64,000 nucleotides of DNA from NCBI RefSeq assembly GCF_009914755.1, contig NC_060934.1, one strand, 5' to 3'. The notes under the pieces are model-generated. The model was not told the DNA's origin. It made no database searches and saw only the letters and a program-made list of their open reading frames with translations. The position numbers and the translations under genes were made by a program. How positions within the stretch are numbered: the stretch's first letter is position 1; every line of letters begins with the position of its first letter. Source of the DNA: the human T2T-CHM13v2.0 reference genome, Homo sapiens. Below are positions 59,241-64,000 of the stretch, one piece after another.

Positions 59241-60964
59241 GCCTCTGGGTATGGCTACAAATTGAAAGAAAAACACTCCACAGATGATCCAGTAGATTCG
59301 ATGCCTCACAGGTGTGGACAGCGGAGTTCAATTCAATGGTGGCCTGTTGTACTGAACCCAAAACAATGTAAAGATTTAATGGGGCTGACAACAGCATTGG
59401 TGGGAAGCCATTCTTTACAGGGCGTAAAGGTAAGGGATGAGCAGGTCAGAGAAGTCTAAGAAGTTACTGGGGACATCGGGTGCAACTCGCGATTCCTAAA
59501 ACCAGGACATGCTTTGACAAGGAGTTACTATGGTAGATCAAACTTTGACACTCATGTTCTTTCTATAATCCTAATCCTCCTTCCAATCCATGATCCCAGC
59601 CCCTAAATGAAGGTGAAGAATGTTACATTTTTTTTTTTGTGGGTCAAATGTTCTTTATATAGAACACTTTAAAAAATGAACTTTAAAAAAAGGTTCAACG
59701 AGATATGTCTAGGTGTTGATATTTTTCCTATGACTTTTCGTTTGCTGGGTATATGATGGGCTCTTGAATTCTGCACACTGTGGTACATCTTCATACCAGG
59801 AAAGTTTTCTCTTATTATTAATTTATTGCTTTTGTTCTGACCTGTGTTTTAGGAATAAATATTATCTTTTTGTTGACTCTCTAGTGTCTGCCCTTTGTAT
59901 TTATATTTTCGCCTCCCAGCTTTGGAAATGCTTCTTGGGAGGTCTTCTCAAGATATTCTCTGAATCACTGCTTCAATTTTCTTCCATCAATGTGATGACT
60001 TAATTGTGTGATTGTATTTATAGTTGTCTTGCAACAACTCCATTATCTCATACAGTTCTTTTGATATCTGATGCCATCTTAGTTCCTTTTTCATGTTTGT
60101 TGTCTTCTCCATATTTCATCTTTTATTTCAAAAGATCCACATCTTTCCAAATCTTTGAGAGTGTAGACGTATTGTTCTTTAAAATTAATTAGGTTTCCTG
60201 TAGAAGTATTTTCCCAATGTGTGTCCTTAGGTATCAGATTCTCTATTTGTATTTTGTAATGTTTCATAGGCTTCCCTCACCACTTTTTAAATAGTACCTT
60301 TGAAAAGGGAGAGCTGTATTCAGCTCTGGTCCATGCCTGTGATCATGGGGAAATGGTCAGTGTTCGAGCCTTCCATTTGCATCCTAGAGAGGACTACTGG
60401 AGATGCAAAGCAGCAAGCCCATCATTCTGATAACTTGTTGTTTTTTGCTTATTCATCTTTTCACTGGAAGAGATCAATCCCTGGAACTTTGGAGACTGGG
60501 CTTCTGAGCTTCAAAATGAACTTCCCCCCACTCCCTAGAGAAGACAAATTGCTAGCAATCTGCGGTTCAACCCATTTTCACCTCTCCCTCACTTAGAGCC
60601 CCTCGGTTATGTCTCTGGGCTTCTCAATCCAGGCTTTGGTACATGGACATTCTTCCTGATATCTAGCAGATGGCCTGAGCAGTATCTCTAGTTTCTAATG
60701 CCATTATAACTTTTTCATCTCTTTTATTTGGGTCCATGAGTATTTTAATTAAAAGGGGAGGAAGGGAAATCAATATTGCTTGGCTTCTGCCCTCTTGAAG
60801 CTTTGGCTGAGAATCAACAGTTGCTTTTCTGCTGGGCTTTCAGAAATTTCCCCTACTTTCTTACTTGCCTCAACTCCAAGATAGTGAACCATCTGCCCAG
60901 TGATCCTGGTTTCCCTTTCCCTTTGAAGTGGCCCCCTCATTCCATAGCACGTGCTTCATAGAAG

Positions 60965-61360
60965 TTTCACAGGTTGGGCTCGTGCAAAGCTGACTCTGAG
61001 ATGGAGACTAGGGTTGCCAGGGAGTGCTTAGACTCAACACCTGCGGAAGGGACTACAGGAAGCAAGATTAGGCAGAAGTCAACTGAGATACAGTCCCAAG
61101 GAAGGCCTCAGGCAACCCCATAAGGAGCTCTGGGGCTGGGATGGCCATTTAAACATCCCGAGCTGGACGAGGGGCCAGGACTTTATATCCTCAAGTGATC
61201 ATTCTTTGGATATGGGTTGCCTTGGAGGCGGCATGACCTTGAGTGAGGCAGTTTAAACAGGGCTGATGCTGAGGATTGTCCTCCAGCAGCACTCCCAGCA
61301 GCTGAGAAAATAAATCCTTCATTCCTGAAGGGGGATCGGGGTGATATAGCACAATGTTTA
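60965..61360 (-). mobile_element. LTR33-like ERVL LTR
   Basis: gactctgagatggag, tcaacacctgcggaaggga, ggagctctggggctgggatggcc motifs. Confidence 0.6.
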
Positions 61361-62137
61361 CATAAGGCTGTCATTGGCTAAGACAGCCCAATACTTTGGC
61401 CTCTGGGATCTTCAGCAACTGAGCTGAAATAACACGGAGTGCCACCACTCATGAAGGTACAAGGGCAAGATTATAAACTTCTCATAATAGATTAGAGTAA
61501 GATAATAACCACGTGGACTTAAATTAGAACCAGAACTGTTTAGAGTACTTTAGGCTAAAAACATTTTTGATGACAATTGGTGAAGGAATTACAGTCTACC
61601 ACTAGGATAAATATCCTCCAGCAGGAAGTGGTTAAAGCTAATTAGAAGTCACCTGTTTTGAGAGAATAAGAACTAATACAGTCTCCTGGATTTGCAAGGA
61701 GAATTTGTGTTGTCTCAATAATCTCCCTACGTGTTATGCCTTCAGGGTCTGAAAGTGAAATGATCACAAACTGTAAGGGCCTATGAACTAGATTAGTATT
61801 TTATTCAACTATGAGTGAATCCTCCATTTATGTACTCTCACTCTGTGATCAGCAAGGCCACAACAAAGGGAAACTATGATTTAGTGCTTGATACAGGCTT
61901 CTTTGGACAATTAATGACTAGTGACTGAAACAATTCAAATCAGGGGTTACAAACTCATACACCTGCAGAGGTCAAGGAGCCACATAGGGAGCAGAACAGC
62001 CGGTGTCTGCAGTGAACTACAACATGAACACTCTCATTAAGGTGTTTTCCCTCCCCAGCATCAGCTCCCCACTGTGTTGATGTGGGAACACCTGCCTGAT
62101 CATTGGTTTTGAGGACATGCCACCAAATCATTTTTAA

Positions 62138-62618
62138 AATTTTTTTTATTATACTCTAAATTCTGGGATACATGTGCAGAACATTCAGGTGTGTTACATA
62201 GGTATACATGTGCCATGGTGGTTTGCTGCACCCATCAACTCGTCATCTACATTAGGTATTTCTCCTAATGCTATCCCTCCCCCAGGCCCCCTCCCCGCAA
62301 ACAGGCCCTGGTGTGTGATGTTACCCTCCCTGTGTCCACGTCTTCTCATTGTTCAACTCCCATGTATGAGTGAGAACATGTGGTGTTTGGTTTTCTGTTC
62401 CTGTGTTAGTTTGCTGAGAATGATGATTTCCAGCTTCATCCATGTCCCTGCAAAGGACATGAACTCATCCTTTTTTATGGTTGTATAGTATTCCATGGTA
62501 TATATATGCCACATTTTCTTTATCCAGTCTACCCTTGATGGGTATTTGGGTTGGTTCCAGGTCTTTGCTATTGTGAATAGTGCTGCAATAAACATGTGTG
62601 CATGTGCCTTGATAGCAT
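62138..62618 (-). mobile_element. 5'-truncated L1PA 3' end inserted in a MER102-like hAT element (~61941-62790)
   Basis: TSD aaatcatttttaa at 62125-62137 and 62619-62631. Confidence 0.9.
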
Positions 62619-63429
62619 AAATCATTTTTAAGAAAAGCTGGAAATCCAGATTTCTATATGAAATTCACAGATTTTTTTTAGTACAGGAAACTTGTTCAGA
62701 TTTCAGAAAATGACAATGCTATATGAACCAAACAATAAATTTCTTAAGGTAGTATCAGGCCTGTGGGCTACCAGATTGTGACCTTTGAGTCAAGGTTTCA
62801 TCAGAAACCTTTTTGGCAAGGTTAGTCAGAGTTAATATATAAACAGAATGATGCTGAAGTTTATTGCAACAGTGGATTGTTTAAATAGACAGCCAACACC
62901 AAGAATATCCTCAATATGCATTATAAGGATCATAACTATATATTTCTTTACACTTACCAATAGCCCAGGTCAGTAAAAAACCTTAAGGCTTTAGACTAAA
63001 GGCCATTATAAAACATTTAGAGACCAAAAATCTAATGCTGTCTGATCCTCAAAGTCAGTAGTGATATGGACACATACTATTGCATATTACCAGTATCCTC
63101 TTTCTATGAGGAATAACACATTCTTGTTTTAGGGAATTACTCTTCCTCCTCCCCATTCATGTAATTCCATTAGGAGCTGCCATGTTTTTACTTTACCTTG
63201 ATTTCCTGTTCACTATTGGCTGGTCTGGACCTTGGTGCCTGACCCAAAGCACACAGATCAGAACTCCTTGGGAAAGGGAGTCAGTCCCTCTCTGGTGGTA
63301 GGAGCTGGCAGCAGCTATGTGCAAGAAATTAGTCTGCAATGAAAGAAAAAAAAGCTTAGCTCACCTGCAGCTAGTAGAATGGTTATTTCCAAGCCCTTGC
63401 TGTATCCCTGCCCTACCTTTGGTGTGACT

Positions 63430-63690
63430 GTTTATGAAAAGATGCTCAATATCTTAGTCATTAATGAAATACAAATCAAAACCACAATGGGATACCATTC
63501 ACAAACGTTCAGGTGGCTATAATTTTAAAAAAAAGACTATTGTCTTTTTTTTAAAGAGTTGAGAATATGGAGAAATCAGAACCTACATTGCTTGTGAGGT
63601 TGTAGCATGGTTGCAGCCACTTTGGAAAACAGTTTGGAAATTCCTCAAAGCACAGAGTTACCGTATGACACAGCAACTCCACTCATAGGG

Positions 63691-63726
<36 letters not shown>

Positions 63727-63811
63727 GTGTATATATATGTGTGTATATATATGTGTGTATATATATGTGTGTATATATATATGTGTGTATATATATGTGT
63801 ATGTATATATA

Positions 63812-63865
<54 letters not shown>

Positions 63866-64000
63866 TATATACCCAAGCAAATTGGAAACATGTATATACA
63901 AAACTTGTACATGAGTGTTCACAGTAGCAGTACTCATAATAGCCCCAATGTGGAAACAACCCAAACGTTTATCTGCTGGTGAATGGACAAATATAATGCA
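63430..64000 (+). mobile_element. Old L1M ORF2 3' fragment
   Basis: gaaaagatgctcaa...caaatcaaaaccacaatg...gccactttggaaaacagttt. Confidence 0.8.
63691..63871. repeat. (TG)n/(TA)n compound microsatellite
   Basis: Direct read; source of the seven low-complexity ORFs at the window end. Confidence 0.95.

Noticed and set aside
63607-63982. Stack of overlapping Cys/Val/Tyr/His-rich ORFs (also 11977-12233)
   Set aside because: Microsatellite artefacts.

Overview
Primate (human-like) genomic DNA containing the 3' end of MINPP1 (multiple inositol polyphosphate phosphatase 1) on the + strand. It covers ~23.7 kb of the last intron, the terminal coding exon (23677-24073; HAE motif, C-terminal SDEL ER-retention signal) and a ~0.9-kb 3'UTR, followed by ~39 kb of repeat-dense intergenic DNA. 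Nearly all other listed ORFs derive from L1, Alu, LTR or microsatellite sequence. Repeat subfamily names are from memory of consensus sequences and need RepeatMasker/Dfam confirmation. The most notable structures are: (1) a 75-nt pre-miRNA-like hairpin in the intron (19419-19493); (2) a ~208-bp fold-back palindrome fused to a ~200-bp dispersed duplication just downstream of the gene; (3) an intronic antisense L1PA5-like element that lacks its YY1 site, keeps an open endonuclease frame, and has an antisense promoter/ORF0 pointing at the last MINPP1 exon; (4) an MST provirus with an internal inversion; (5) a four-level nested TE stack; (6) a MER41 LTR retaining one STAT GAS motif. I found no evidence for a novel multi-gene system.
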